A stretch of 64,000 bases of DNA from an uncultured Sphingobium sp. (GCA_964250175.1 CAXUEQ010000003.1:7102-71101), one strand, 5' to 3'; positions 1 through 11,300 are shown, numbered from the stretch's first letter. Notes: generated by a model not told the origin, from the sequence alone. Made by a program: numbers and translations.

Positions 1-144
1 ATGTCTGGAAATCACTTATCCTCCGCGTCGCTCGCCGGCAAACTAGACGAACCGGCCGATCGCGCAACCGCAACTGACAAGCCCCCGTGACATAGGCGTC
101 GTTCTGGGGCAGCATTGCCGCTGAAACAGGCAGGGAGCGACGAT

Positions 145-948
145 ATGGCGACGCAAACAGGGGATTGGCAGGAAGAAAGCCGCGTCTCGATCGGGCGCAT
201 ATTCAGCCGCGCCTTCGGAGTGATGGGCAACAACCCGGTGGCGATCTTCGGCATCGCCTTCCTGTTCGGCGCATTGCCGCAAACGCTCTACGGCTATTTC
301 CTGCAGCCGGACCTGATCGCATCGGCGTCCGGCAATACGCTCGCGACCATGGTGATCTCCCTGGGAGCCTATGTCCTGTTCCTGATCTTCGGGATGCTGG
401 CGCAGGGCGCGGTCGTGCGCGCCACCACCGCCTACGCCGCCGGCGGGCGCGCCTCGTTCGGGCAAAGCATCACCACCGGATTGTCGATGGCGGTGCCGCT
501 GATCGGGCTTTCCATCGTGCTGGTGCTGGCGCTGATCCTTGGCTTCGCGCTGCTCGTCATCCCCGGCATCATCCTCTACATCATGTGGTCGGTCGCCGCG
601 CCCGCGCTCGTCACCGAACAGAGCGGCGTCTTCACCGCCCTCGGGCGCAGCCGCTTCCTGACCAAGGGTGCGCGCTGGAAGATTTTCGGGTTGCAGATCG
701 TGCTGCTCGTCATTTTCTGGCTCCTGTCCGCAGTGGTCGGGGTGGCCATGCTGGCCGGCGGCGGCGTACAGGGCATGGCGCAGGGCTTTGTGACCGGCCA
801 GGTATCGGCCGGCTTCCTGCTCCTCTCGGCCATCACGAGCACCCTGACCACCGCTTTCTGGGGCACCGTCCAGACCTCGCTTTACATCACGTTGCGCAAC
901 TGGAAGGAAGGGCCGCAGGCCGAAGCCCTGGCAGACGTCTTCGCCTAG
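145..948 (+). CDS. Integral membrane protein (YciC/GDPD-membrane-domain-like)
   Basis: ATG at 145 after GGGAG; about six hydrophobic segments; motif ALGRSRFLTKGARWKIFG typical of this membrane family. Confidence 0.7.
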   Translation: MATQTGDWQEESRVSIGRIFSRAFGVMGNNPVAIFGIAFLFGALPQTLYGYFLQPDLIASASGNTLATMVISLGAYVLFLIFGMLAQGAVVRATTAYAAGGRASFGQSITTGLSMAVPLIGLSIVLVLALILGFALLVIPGIILYIMWSVAAPALVTEQSGVFTALGRSRFLTKGARWKIFGLQIVLLVIFWLLSAVVGVAMLAGGGVQGMAQGFVTGQVSAGFLLLSAITSTLTTAFWGTVQTSLYITLRNWKEGPQAEALADVFA

Positions 949-954
949 CGTCGG

Positions 955-2400
955 CTATCGCGTCACGAAGCCCGCCCTGCGCTGCCCCAGCAGGATTCGC
1001 GCCAACAGCCACGCATTGCGGTTGAAATGATGGTCGCCGGGAACGAAATATTGCTGCGCAAGTCCTTTGGGAATCGACAGGCAGGCGCTGTCGCTTTCCA
1101 CCGTCCCCCGGACGCAGCGTATCGTCATGCCCTTCAGCTTCGTCACCGCCGGGATCGTCGGCAAGGCATCATCCGATGCGATGTTGAGCCAGCTCGTCAT
1201 ATGAAACTGGAACTCGGCGGTCGAACCGAACCCCATCAGCGCCACATTGCGCACCCGCGCGCGGGCGGGAGCGTCCAGATTCTGGATCATATAGGGCATC
1301 GCATCCGCCCCGAAACTATAGCCGATCAGCATGACCCGCGGCCGGTTCCAGCGCTGGCTGAAACCGGTAATCAACTGGCTGAGGTCCCTGCCCGTCCCGC
1401 GCGGCGTGCGCGCGCTCCAGAAATAGGACAGGCTGTCGACGCCGACGACCGGGATGCCGGCGGCCGCCAGTTGCCCCGCCACGTCGCGGTCGATCCCGAC
1501 CCAGCCGCCATCGCCCGAATAGAGGATCGCCATCGTGTCGCCGTTCACGCCGCGCCGGGTCGCCGACACCAGGGTCAGCGGCATGTCTGGTATCGGCGTC
1601 TCGCCCGGTGCGGCCCTGGGCAGCGGCGGCGGAAGCAACTGCATCGTCGCGCCGAGTATCTGCGACGTCCAGCGCGCCGGCCCGGCATCGCCCGACTCGA
1701 CCCCCGGAAGCTGGATCAAGCGTGCGCCGGGGATGGCGGAAACGAAGCGCTGCGTGGCCGACAGCGGGAAGGCGCTGCCCGCGCGGCGCTGCAATACTAT
1801 CCATGGCACCTTGATCCGCCCGTTCGGCGGAAAGCGCCATGCCGCTTTGGGCCTGCCGACATGGTGGGTTACGAAACCGGGGCTGCCGCACCATGGCTTG
1901 CGACCCGGCAGGCTCGGCAGGAAATCGATCGAGACGACGCCCTGATAGCCGCCGTTCGGCCATTGCGACAGCGCGGCATAGGCCATCGCCGCGCCCGAAC
2001 CATAGCCGATGATGATCGGCTTGCGATAGGTGGCGACACCCATGCGATGCTGGACGTCGCGGGCCAGATCGATCAGCGGATAATTGGGATCGACGCATTT
2101 CGCGCCATTGCTTTCCATCGCCCGCGCCAATGCCGGGGTCGACACGCCCGCGACCAGCAGGCCCTGCCCGGCGAGCCTCCGCGCCATTTCCGTTTCTCCG
2201 CTGCTCCAGCCGTCGCCGTCCGACAGGAATATTATCGTGCCTTTCGGTTCGCCGACCGGGCGCTGGACCGCGACGTCGCCGAACGGCGCGCGCATGTAGT
2301 CCGATGGCTGGGATCGCGGCGCGTCGATCGCGACGGCGCCCGTGGCCATGGCGAGCAGGACCAGGCTGGCGATCCCGCGGAGTCTGCCGATGCCTTTCAT
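955..2400 (-). CDS. acvB: AcvB/VirJ-family lysyl-phosphatidylglycerol hydrolase (two-domain)
   Basis: Signal peptide; SDGDGW and SGDGGW repeats; GYSFGAD nucleophile; PGDHHF; ATGA overlap with mprF. Confidence 0.85.
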   Translation of the reverse strand: MKGIGRLRGIASLVLLAMATGAVAIDAPRSQPSDYMRAPFGDVAVQRPVGEPKGTIIFLSDGDGWSSGETEMARRLAGQGLLVAGVSTPALARAMESNGAKCVDPNYPLIDLARDVQHRMGVATYRKPIIIGYGSGAAMAYAALSQWPNGGYQGVVSIDFLPSLPGRKPWCGSPGFVTHHVGRPKAAWRFPPNGRIKVPWIVLQRRAGSAFPLSATQRFVSAIPGARLIQLPGVESGDAGPARWTSQILGATMQLLPPPLPRAAPGETPIPDMPLTLVSATRRGVNGDTMAILYSGDGGWVGIDRDVAGQLAAAGIPVVGVDSLSYFWSARTPRGTGRDLSQLITGFSQRWNRPRVMLIGYSFGADAMPYMIQNLDAPARARVRNVALMGFGSTAEFQFHMTSWLNIASDDALPTIPAVTKLKGMTIRCVRGTVESDSACLSIPKGLAQQYFVPGDHHFNRNAWLLARILLGQRRAGFVTR

Positions 2401-4961
2401 TTGGCGGCGATCAACGCCTGGAGGTCGATCAGCGCGCGCCCCATGCCGACGCCCTGTGGCCCGGCGACATAGCGCGGCTGCCAGACCGGCGCGAATTTAT
2501 CCTTGTAGGCGCGCAACCCCTCGAACCCGTAGAAGGATTCGCCGTGGCGATAGAGCAGCGCGCCGAGCTTGACCCACAAAGGCGCCAGCCTGCGCGCCTC
2601 CAGCCCCGACAATGGGGCGAGACCAAGATTGAACCAGTGATAGCCCTGGTCCCGCCCCCATTGCATCAGCCGGACGAACAGAAAGTCCATCGTTCCATAG
2701 GGCATGTCATCCTCATGCCGCATCAGGTCGACCGACAATTCGGACTTGTCCGCCGTCGTCCAGATATTGGCGAAGGCGACGATCCGCCCGTCCTGCCGCA
2801 CCAGCGCGCAATCGAAATGCGCCATATAGGCCGGGTCGAACTTGCCGACGCTGAACCCCTTTTCCCGATGCCCGCCCTTGGCCGCCAGCCAGCGCGCCGA
2901 AATGCCGCCCAGTTCCGCCATGATAGCGGGCAAGCGCGCGGCCGGCACGATCTCGAAGGTCGCGCCCTCGCGCTCGGCGCGCCGGTCGGCATAACGCAGG
3001 CTCTTGCCCGCCGGCCCGTCGAGCGTGAAGCCGGCCAGGTCGACCCGCGCCTCCTCGCCATATTTGACGACCTGCAACCCCAGTTCGATGGCGATCGGCA
3101 GCGCCTCGGTATCGATCTGGTAAAGCAGCAGCCGCCCTTGCGCTGCGTCGGCCTGTTCGCGCAGCGTCCAGAGCATGTCGGCCCACTCCTGCCGATCGCC
3201 GACCGGATTGCCCATCACGACCCAGCTATGCCCGCGAATCTGATACATCACAAAGCAATGGCCCGACGCGGAAACCAGAAAGCGCTTGTCGCCGGTCAGC
3301 GCCAGATTGGCGTCCGTCCGCTGCGCCAGCGCCAGCGCCTGCTTCTCCGGCAGCGCTTGCGCGATCGCGGTTGCGGCATGCGGGGTTGCCGGGCGAAGCA
3401 TGCGCCAGACCGCGACGACGATCAGCAGCACGGCGACGCCGAAGCTGGCGCGCAGGAAGCGCGAGGCGTCGCCATGCTCCGCAAATTCCCACCACAGGTC
3501 GTTCTGATAGGCGACATGCTTGTAGGCGAACAGGCCGATCCAGATCGACAGGCCCAGCGCCATCGCCACGGTCGCCAGCCAGCCGGCCGACAATGTTTCC
3601 GCGGTGAATTGCGTGCGCCGGTAAAAAGCGGAACGCGTCCATTGCAGCAGCCCGGCGATGACCAGCATCACGCAGGCTTCTTCATAATCCAGCCCCTTGA
3701 TCAGCGAAAAGGCGGCACCCGCCAGCAGCAATATCCGCGTCAGCCAGAAAGCGCCGTCCAGCCGCCGATACAGCCCTGACGACAGGATCAGCAGCGCCGC
3801 GCCGGACAGGCTGGCCGCCATGTGCGACGCTTCGATGAAGGGCAGCGGCACCAGGTCGAACAGGCCCTTGGTGCGCCCCGGCTCGCTCGGCAGCGAACCG
3901 GACACGAGGAGGACCACGCCGCCGATGAAGACCAGCGCGGCGATCATAATGGGCGCAAGGCTGGACATGACCACATGGACGCCCTGCAGCGTGCTCGCCA
4001 GCGGCTTGCGCCAGTGGCGTCCCTCCTGCACCGCGACCAGGCCGACCGCGATCAGCAGCGGCGCAAGATAATAGACGACCCGATAGACCAACAGCGCCGC
4101 GACCAGTTCGGACGTGTCGACGCCGGGCAGCGCGGCGAGCATCACCGCCTCGAATATGCCGACGCCACCGGGGACATGGGTGATCAGCACCGCGATGATC
4201 GCCAGCGTATAGCCGATGAAGAAGACCGGCCAGGCATCGATCTGCGCATGCGGCACCAGTACGAACAAAGCCGCGCTGGCCATTGCCAGGTCGAAAGCCG
4301 CCACGCCGATCTGCGCAAGGGCAAGGCGCAGGCCCGGTATCGGCAGCGTCCAGCCGAACAGCCGGAGCGCGCGCCCCTGCGGCCCGGCCCACAGCAGCAA
4401 CGCGGCGACGGCCGCGAACAGCAGGATGCCGGTCGCGCGCAAGGCGCTTGCCCCCATGCCGACGCCATCGATCGACAGCGCCTGCGGCCGCGCGACCAGC
4501 ATCAGGCTGGCCAGTGTGACGACCCCGCCCCAGAAGGTCATGCTGGCGATCGCGATTACGCGGGACACGTCTCCGACGCTCAGCCCCGCACCACTATAGA
4601 CCCGATAGCGCGCCGATCCGCCGGTCAGCAGCGACAGGCCCAAATTGTGGCTCAGCGTATAGCTGGTGAAGGACGCCAGCGCCGCGGTGCGATAGGGCAG
4701 GGGCCGGCCGATCGCCCGCAGCGCGAACACGTCATACAGCGTCAGCGCGCCATAGCTGAGCGCGGTGAAGGCAATCGCCAGCAGCACAGCGGAGGGGCGC
4801 AGCGTTTCGATGTCGGCGCGCACGTCGCGCAGCCGCACCTCCTGGAGCATATGATAGATCGCCGCAAAGCCGATGGCGGCGAGGACAAGGATCGCGGCGA
4901 CCGATAACGCCGTGCGATACCGCATCGCGAATGTCCGAAGCTGCCCCATCGCGTCACCCAT
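2397..4961 (-). CDS. mprF: Bifunctional lysyl-PG flippase/synthetase MprF
   Basis: 854 aa; N-terminal multi-TM flippase (HVPGGVGIFE); C-terminal synthase motifs REKGFS, LSVDLMR, FNLGLAPL, GLRAYKDKF. Confidence 0.93.
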   Translation of the reverse strand: MGDAMGQLRTFAMRYRTALSVAAILVLAAIGFAAIYHMLQEVRLRDVRADIETLRPSAVLLAIAFTALSYGALTLYDVFALRAIGRPLPYRTAALASFTSYTLSHNLGLSLLTGGSARYRVYSGAGLSVGDVSRVIAIASMTFWGGVVTLASLMLVARPQALSIDGVGMGASALRATGILLFAAVAALLLWAGPQGRALRLFGWTLPIPGLRLALAQIGVAAFDLAMASAALFVLVPHAQIDAWPVFFIGYTLAIIAVLITHVPGGVGIFEAVMLAALPGVDTSELVAALLVYRVVYYLAPLLIAVGLVAVQEGRHWRKPLASTLQGVHVVMSSLAPIMIAALVFIGGVVLLVSGSLPSEPGRTKGLFDLVPLPFIEASHMAASLSGAALLILSSGLYRRLDGAFWLTRILLLAGAAFSLIKGLDYEEACVMLVIAGLLQWTRSAFYRRTQFTAETLSAGWLATVAMALGLSIWIGLFAYKHVAYQNDLWWEFAEHGDASRFLRASFGVAVLLIVVAVWRMLRPATPHAATAIAQALPEKQALALAQRTDANLALTGDKRFLVSASGHCFVMYQIRGHSWVVMGNPVGDRQEWADMLWTLREQADAAQGRLLLYQIDTEALPIAIELGLQVVKYGEEARVDLAGFTLDGPAGKSLRYADRRAEREGATFEIVPAARLPAIMAELGGISARWLAAKGGHREKGFSVGKFDPAYMAHFDCALVRQDGRIVAFANIWTTADKSELSVDLMRHEDDMPYGTMDFLFVRLMQWGRDQGYHWFNLGLAPLSGLEARRLAPLWVKLGALLYRHGESFYGFEGLRAYKDKFAPVWQPRYVAGPQGVGMGRALIDLQALIAAK

Positions 4962-5063
4962 AGTCCCGGCGCAGCGATATGCGAAGCGATTGCGATTGTG
5001 AAACTCCCGTTCATACTGACGATGCCAATAGCGCCGAAGACCGGATCGAGTAGGATCGCCCCT

Positions 5064-5786
5064 ATGCGAAAACTGACATTGCTTGCCACTTTCACCCTCG
5101 CCTTCGCCGCGCTGGCCGCTTTCGCCGGCTATATCGGCTATTTCGGCGGGCCGGTTTTCGTCGATGTCGCCGCGACCGGATCGCCCGACCCGCGCGACGC
5201 GGGGCGGAGCGCGCTGCTGCTGTCCGGCGACATGGGATCACGGGTGGGCATGGAGCCGCGCATCGCCGCGCGGCTTGCCGAACATGGCATCCCGGTCGTG
5301 CAGGTCAATTCGCTGAGCTATTTCCGCCAGCGCCGCTCACCTGCCGAGGTGCAGGCGCTGATCCGCGAAGGCGTCGAGCGCACAATCGCGCTGGCGCATG
5401 GCGGCAAGGTGATCTTGATCGGCCAGTCCTTTGGCGCCGACATGCTGCATGTCGGGCTTCCGGTCCTTCCAGCGCATTTGCGCCGGAAAGTCGCGCTGGT
5501 GGCGCTGGTAGTGCCGGGGAATACCGTCGATTTTCGCGCCTCTCCCGCCGAATTGCTCACTTTCCAGCGCGGCGATGCCGCGGCAATGGCGACCGCCAGG
5601 CTGCTGAACTGGGTGCCGGTGCTGTGCGTTCAGGGCGTGCTGGAAACCAACAGCCTATGTCCTTTGCTTCGCATGCCCAATGTCCGGCGGATCGCGCTGC
5701 CGGGCGGCCATCCGATGCATTATGACGCAGACCGGCTTTATGCGGTTCTGGCCAGCGCGATCCGGCAACCTGGTGAAGGGGGGTAG
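5064..5786 (+). CDS. Second AcvB/VirJ-family hydrolase (single domain)
   Basis: LSGDMG, VNSLSYF, GQSFGAD, LPGGH motifs; N-terminal TM; divergent from mprF; start uncertain (4998-5064). Confidence 0.8.
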   Translation: MRKLTLLATFTLAFAALAAFAGYIGYFGGPVFVDVAATGSPDPRDAGRSALLLSGDMGSRVGMEPRIAARLAEHGIPVVQVNSLSYFRQRRSPAEVQALIREGVERTIALAHGGKVILIGQSFGADMLHVGLPVLPAHLRRKVALVALVVPGNTVDFRASPAELLTFQRGDAAAMATARLLNWVPVLCVQGVLETNSLCPLLRMPNVRRIALPGGHPMHYDADRLYAVLASAIRQPGEGG

Positions 5787-5788
5787 GC

Positions 5789-6349
5789 ATGTCGCGGTTG
5801 ATCCTGTTCAACAAGCCCTATGGCGTGCTGTGCCAGTTCACCGATCGCGGCACGGCGGGATCGCCCCGCCCGACCCTGTCCGACCATATCGATAGTCCGG
5901 GCGTCTACCCCGCGGGGCGGCTCGACCTGGACAGCGAGGGCCTGCTGCTGCTTACCGACGATGGCGGGCTGCAGGCGCGGATCGCTGACCCGAAATATAA
6001 GCTGCCGAAAACCTATCTGGTGCAGGTCGAGGGCGACATAAGCGCGGCGGCCCTTTCGTCCCTACGAAAGGGCGTCAGTCTCAAGGACGGCCCGACGCGC
6101 CCCGCCGAGGCCGAACGCATCGCCGATCCGATGCTCTGGCCCCGCAACCCGCCGGTCCGTTTTCGCAAGAGCGTGGCCGACTGCTGGATCCGGCTGACGA
6201 TCCGCGAAGGGCGCAACAGGCAGGTGCGCCGGATGACCGCCGCCGTCGGCCATCCGACGCTGCGGCTGGTCCGGTGGCAGATCGGCGACTGGTCGATCGA
6301 GGGAATAGATCCCGGTGCCTGGCAAGAGCGGACGGCCGTCGGCAGATAG
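5789..6349 (+). CDS. rluE: rRNA pseudouridine synthase (RluE/RsuA family)
   Basis: [36 protein letters not shown] motifs. Confidence 0.88.
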   Translation: MSRLILFNKPYGVLCQFTDRGTAGSPRPTLSDHIDSPGVYPAGRLDLDSEGLLLLTDDGGLQARIADPKYKLPKTYLVQVEGDISAAALSSLRKGVSLKDGPTRPAEAERIADPMLWPRNPPVRFRKSVADCWIRLTIREGRNRQVRRMTAAVGHPTLRLVRWQIGDWSIEGIDPGAWQERTAVGR

Positions 6350-6433
6350 TCTTTTGACGGATGGCGGGCCGCATGCGACAGCGGCTGGACCGTTCGCGGC
6401 ATTTGGTCGCGCACCCTTTCGTCGCGAGTATCC

Positions 6434-7585
6434 ATGCGTCTTGCCCATTTCGCCATCGACCATTTCCTCGCCGAATATTGGCAGAAGAAACCGCTGCTGA
6501 TCCGTAACCCATGGGATGGATGGCGCAATCCGCTGGAACCGGACGAACTGGCGGGCCTTGCCTGTGAGGAGGATGTTGAGTCGCGCCTCATAAGCCAGGC
6601 GCTCGCCGCCTGGACGGTGGAGGACGGGCCGCTGCGCGAAACCCGCTTTAGCGAATTGGGCAGGAAGCCATGGACCCTGCTCGTTCAGGCGGTAGACCAG
6701 CATGTGCCGGACGTTGCCGCGCTGATCGCGCCCTTTCGGTTCATCCCCGACTGGCGGATCGACGATGTGATGGTGAGCTATGCCACCGATGCAGGTGGCG
6801 TCGGCCCGCATTTCGATCATTATGATGTCTTCCTGATCCAGGGGCTGGGCCGGCGCCGGTGGCAGGTGGGCGTGCCCTGCGATTCCGAAACCGCATTGCT
6901 GCCGCATGACGACCTGCGCCTGCTCGCGCATTTCGAAGCGGTCGAGGAATGGATAGTGGAGCCGGGCGACATTCTTTATCTCCCGCCGCGCTTCGCACAC
7001 GACGGGGTCGCGGTGGGCGACGATTGCATGACCTATTCGATCGGCTTTCGCGCCCCCGCGCGTGGCGAATTGATCGAGCATTGGTGCGACGATCTGCTCG
7101 GGCAGATGGACGATGACGACCGCTATGCCGACCCGGATCTGCCGCGCCAGGGCAATCCCGGCGAGATTTCGGCGGCGGCGATCACCCGCCTGCATGCGAT
7201 GGTCACCGATGCGATGCGCGACCGCGACGCCTTCGCACGCTGGTTCGGGCAGTATAACAGCGTGCGTAAATATCCCGAGGTAGACTTTGCCCCCGACGAG
7301 CCGGTGCGGGCCGAAGCATTCCGCGCCGCACTGGCCGAAAAACCCGAACTGGCCCGCAATCCGGCCAGCCGATTTTCCTTCATCCGGCAGGATTCGGAAA
7401 AGCTGATGCTGTTTGTCGACGGACAATATTTCGCGTGCGACAGCGACACCAGTGCACTGGCCGAGCGATTATGCGCGACGGATGATCCTTTGCCGGGACT
7501 GGAGACCAGTTTGTCAGACGCTGGGATAACCCTCCTTGCCGCATTGTTCGACCAGGGGAGCCTGGCTTTCGCGATCGAGGATTGA
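6434..7585 (+). CDS. roxA: JmjC/cupin ribosomal protein L16 Arg hydroxylase (RoxA/YcfD)
   Basis: YWQKKPLLI, WRIDDVMVS, GVGPHFDHYDVFLIQG, EPGDILYLPP..AH. Confidence 0.82.
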   Translation: MRLAHFAIDHFLAEYWQKKPLLIRNPWDGWRNPLEPDELAGLACEEDVESRLISQALAAWTVEDGPLRETRFSELGRKPWTLLVQAVDQHVPDVAALIAPFRFIPDWRIDDVMVSYATDAGGVGPHFDHYDVFLIQGLGRRRWQVGVPCDSETALLPHDDLRLLAHFEAVEEWIVEPGDILYLPPRFAHDGVAVGDDCMTYSIGFRAPARGELIEHWCDDLLGQMDDDDRYADPDLPRQGNPGEISAAAITRLHAMVTDAMRDRDAFARWFGQYNSVRKYPEVDFAPDEPVRAEAFRAALAEKPELARNPASRFSFIRQDSEKLMLFVDGQYFACDSDTSALAERLCATDDPLPGLETSLSDAGITLLAALFDQGSLAFAIED

Positions 7586-7731
7586 GACGATCTGCCAGTT
7601 ATCCGGTCAGCGGAGATCGTCGAAGCGGTTCATCCGCAGGTCTATCTCGGGTCAAGGCTACCGCGTATCCTTGCCTACTTACGCGAATGATGTGACCCAT
7701 TACATGCCGGAATCAAATATCTGGGACGGAG

Positions 7732-8811
7732 TTATTTCGCCAGATGTTTGTCGAAAAATTGGGCGATCAATCGATAAGCCTCCGCAGACTCCGGGGGAGC
7801 GGGGTCGAGGAGGAAGGCGTGCATCATACCTTCCCATATATGGAGATGTGCCTCCACGCCTTCGTGGACAAGCAGGGAGTGGGTTTTGACCACAGAGCTT
7901 AACGCGAAATCGCGTGTTCCGGAAATAAGCATCGTCGGCGGGAATTGACGAAGCGTTGCCGGCGAACGGATCGGAAATGCCTCCGCATCGCTGTCGGGGA
8001 CATGGGCGAAATAGGGGTTGGCCTTGGACGGCTCGGGATTGCCCTTACCATATTGATAGCCGGAATCGCCCTCCATCCAATAGGCTGCGCCTTCGCATAA
8101 CAGACCGATGGCGGCGGGGAGCGGCTGCTTGTCGCGGATCAGGCGGGCGACCGTCTGGGACGTCAGCAACGCGCCGGCCGAGCAGCCATAGATGCCGATC
8201 TGCTGCGGCCGATAGCGTGTCAGCAAATCGGTATAGACCTTGACCGCGTCGTCAGTCCCCGCCGGAAAGACATTTTCCGGGGTCAGCCGATAATCGACGC
8301 TCACGACGCGGATACGCCCTACCGCCGAGATGGCGACGGCCTCAAGCCAGTCATTGCTGCCGATAAACCCGCCGCCGTGCAGTTCCATGAGAACCCGGCC
8401 CTTGTTCGCGGCCGACACACCGCCAGCGGGTTCGATGATCGCGGCCGATATGCCGTTGATCATCGTCGGTGAAATAGTGACGGGATATTGCGCCCGCATC
8501 CGGCGATAGACCGAACTGTTCCGAAACGCCTTTGTCTCACATTGCCGGGTCGCGGCGCGGTCGGCGGGCTTGACGGTCAATATGTTACCGCAGGTCGTGA
8601 GCGCCGCCGTTAGCTGGACATCGCTTTCATCGGCTATCCGCACCCCCGCCCGCGTGGCGGCATCGGTCAGCGAACCATGCGGCGCAGCGGGGTTTGCCAG
8701 CACGATCCCGGCTGAGGGCGATACCACCTGCTGGGCAGGGGCTGCGCCCGAAGCCAGGGCGGCCAGTCCTGCCACGAAAAGGAGAAACAGCCGCCCGATA
8801 CTCTTCATCAT
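7732..8811 (-). CDS. Exported alpha/beta hydrolase (HSL-family esterase)
   Basis: Signal peptide; HGGGF oxyanion motif; GCSAG nucleophile; HAF catalytic His. Confidence 0.85.
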   Translation of the reverse strand: MMKSIGRLFLLFVAGLAALASGAAPAQQVVSPSAGIVLANPAAPHGSLTDAATRAGVRIADESDVQLTAALTTCGNILTVKPADRAATRQCETKAFRNSSVYRRMRAQYPVTISPTMINGISAAIIEPAGGVSAANKGRVLMELHGGGFIGSNDWLEAVAISAVGRIRVVSVDYRLTPENVFPAGTDDAVKVYTDLLTRYRPQQIGIYGCSAGALLTSQTVARLIRDKQPLPAAIGLLCEGAAYWMEGDSGYQYGKGNPEPSKANPYFAHVPDSDAEAFPIRSPATLRQFPPTMLISGTRDFALSSVVKTHSLLVHEGVEAHLHIWEGMMHAFLLDPAPPESAEAYRLIAQFFDKHLAK

Positions 8812-8864
8812 ATTTCTCCAGCCCGAATAGTCGGCACGTCCGCGCAACAGGACCGGCCTATCTA

Positions 8865-11300
8865 TCAGAACTTGGCCTGCAAACGCGCGCCGAACGTTCT
8901 TGGCGGTTGCAGATAGGAGAGAAAGGAGTTCCCATCCGGCGCTATTCCATAAGTGGTCGAGCTTGTCCGGATCTTGCGATTTTCCACATTCTGCACAAAG
9001 GCTTCAAGAGTGTAGCGCTGCTCCGGTGACGTATAGCGGATCGCCAAGTCGCTGAGCGTATAGGCCTTCTGCTTGTCGAACGCGGTGCCATAACCGCCCA
9101 ATTGGCCATTGACGACGCGGTTGGCCCTGTCCCCGTTGAAGATGGTGAGGAAACTGGACGTCTCATAATGAATGGTGCCGCGCGGCGTAATTTTCCCGCC
9201 ATTCGCCATTTCAAAGTCATGCTCATAGGTCAGCGTCGCGGAAAAACGTGGCGCGTGCGGCAGTTCGTTGCCACGGAGCTGCCGTTGCGCCGCAGGGTCG
9301 TTAGGATCACCATCAAAGCGCTGATCAATCGTCACCAGTGACTTCAACTTCGTCTTCTGAACGGCGCCGGCGAACTGGATATGATCCTGGGGCGTCACAG
9401 CCCAGACCGCTTCGGCTTCGAAGCCATAGTTCGTCGCGCCATCGGCATTGAGCGTCGCCAGGACGGTGCTCAGGATATTGCCATTGGCGTCCCGGACCAC
9501 CTCGATCTGCCCGATCTGATACCCCTTGAAGTCATAATAATAACCGGCAAGGTTGAGGGTCAGCTTCCGGTCGAAAAGCTTCATCTTCGTGCCGACTTCA
9601 TAGTCGGTAAGCGTTTCTGGTCCGGTAACACGGTTAAGCTGGTCGATGACACCCGATTTGAAACCGGTGCCGATGCTTCCGTAGAGCAGGGCATCGTTGG
9701 TGAGGTTATAGTCCACACGCGCCAGATAGGTCAGTTTCTTGAATGTTCCCTGGCCTTGGGAGGGGATATATACGAAATCCGGGCCGAGCAACTGGGCCAG
9801 TTCGGGTCCGGTAGTGCCAGGATATCGCCCTTCGACGCCGCGGCAGGCAGGCGCGCCCGGCGTCGGTGGGGTCGGACAACCGAAAAGATAGACCGCACCG
9901 CCGTTCAGGCTTTCCTTTTTGTCGACAGAGTAGCGCAAGCCGCCGGTCAAATGCAGCTTCGGGGTCACATTCCACGTCGCCTGCCCAAAGCCCGCATAGC
10001 TGTTCACAGTATAGCCGGGCTGTATGAAGCTGACGGAAAAACTCGACGGGCCGGAACGGTTGCCGTCCCGATCGTCAATATCGGCCCGTATCTGCGCCTT
10101 GTTGTGCGAATAATAGCCGCCCACGATCCAGCTTATGGCATCCGTATTCCTGGACTTGAGTTGCAGTTCATGGCTGTTGAAGTCGAACCGATTGAAGACC
10201 GTCTGATTCCGTTCGGACGCATATGTCGTCGGCGCACCGCTTGGCGTGAGCGGCGACACGACGCCCACATCGGAATCGGTCTGCTCGGTGCCGCCGGTTC
10301 GGGTGTAACCGGCGATATAGGTGAGTTCGGCATGGTCGCCGATCTCATATGTCATGTTGCTGCGGACCGATACCGCATAGCGGTCGTTATCCGGCGCCGT
10401 GTCGGCAAGGATCGAATATATTTTCTGGCCGGGACGGGGCGTTTGCATAAGGGCGGCGGAAGGGCTGCCATTGTCCAGGAAGCCCTCGACATTGAAGTCC
10501 CAGCGGAACCGCGAACTCGGCTTCCACAATACACTGAAACGCGCGGATTTCTGATCCTGCGCATTATAGCGCTTACCCGACGTGACATAGACCGTATTGT
10601 CCAGCCCGGCGAGGACGGGCGGGGCCTGATAGGACACATAGCCCTTATGCTGTTCGGTCGCGAAGGCGAAGCGCACGGCGAGCGTATCCGACACGGGGAT
10701 ATTGACAGACCCACGCGACCCCAGCCGGTCATAAGTGCCGCCAAGAAGTTCGACACTCCCGGAGAATTTATCAAGACGCGGCTTGGCGGTCGTAAGATTC
10801 AAGGCGCCGGCCGTCGTGTTGCGCCCGAACAATGTACCCTGCGGCCCGCGCAGCACCTCAAGTCGCTCCAGATCGTAGAGCAGCGCCGTTCCGCCCTGCA
10901 CAGTCGCGGCGTAGATGCCGTCGATATAGAGCGCCACTTCAGGATCAGCGGATTCCGTGAAGGAATTGTCGTTGCCGATTCCGCGCAGCGTGATCAGAAC
11001 CGCGTTGGCTTCCGCCTGTTTGTTAAACTGAAGACTCGGCACGAACCGCTGAAGGTCGGCCGGATTGCCGACTTGCTGACGATCAAGCTGGGCTTGGCTG
11101 AACACCGATACGGCGATCGGCGTCTTCTGAAGCGACGTTTCTTGCCTGGTCGCGGTGACGATAATGTCCCCGCTATTGTCCTGAGGCGTGGCGGCCGCGC
11201 TGGGTGAGGGAGTTGCAGGAGCGGCCGTGGCTTGCGCATAAACCGGGCCTGTGGCGAGCAACGCTACCGCCGACGCTCCTGACTGGAAAAATGATTTCAT
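8865..11300 (-). CDS. TonB-dependent receptor
   Basis: TonB box DIIVTA; plug motif ERLEVLRGPQGTLFGRN; C-terminal Phe. Confidence 0.95.
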   Translation of the reverse strand: MKSFFQSGASAVALLATGPVYAQATAAPATPSPSAAATPQDNSGDIIVTATRQETSLQKTPIAVSVFSQAQLDRQQVGNPADLQRFVPSLQFNKQAEANAVLITLRGIGNDNSFTESADPEVALYIDGIYAATVQGGTALLYDLERLEVLRGPQGTLFGRNTTAGALNLTTAKPRLDKFSGSVELLGGTYDRLGSRGSVNIPVSDTLAVRFAFATEQHKGYVSYQAPPVLAGLDNTVYVTSGKRYNAQDQKSARFSVLWKPSSRFRWDFNVEGFLDNGSPSAALMQTPRPGQKIYSILADTAPDNDRYAVSVRSNMTYEIGDHAELTYIAGYTRTGGTEQTDSDVGVVSPLTPSGAPTTYASERNQTVFNRFDFNSHELQLKSRNTDAISWIVGGYYSHNKAQIRADIDDRDGNRSGPSSFSVSFIQPGYTVNSYAGFGQATWNVTPKLHLTGGLRYSVDKKESLNGGAVYLFGCPTPPTPGAPACRGVEGRYPGTTGPELAQLLGPDFVYIPSQGQGTFKKLTYLARVDYNLTNDALLYGSIGTGFKSGVIDQLNRVTGPETLTDYEVGTKMKLFDRKLTLNLAGYYYDFKGYQIGQIEVVRDANGNILSTVLATLNADGATNYGFEAEAVWAVTPQDHIQFAGAVQKTKLKSLVTIDQRFDGDPNDPAAQRQLRGNELPHAPRFSATLTYEHDFEMANGGKITPRGTIHYETSSFLTIFNGDRANRVVNGQLGGYGTAFDKQKAYTLSDLAIRYTSPEQRYTLEAFVQNVENRKIRTSSTTYGIAPDGNSFLSYLQPPRTFGARLQAKF

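Noticed and set aside
12-254. Minus-strand ORF at the window start
   Set aside because: Overlaps the promoter and start of the membrane protein gene and has no recognisable motif.
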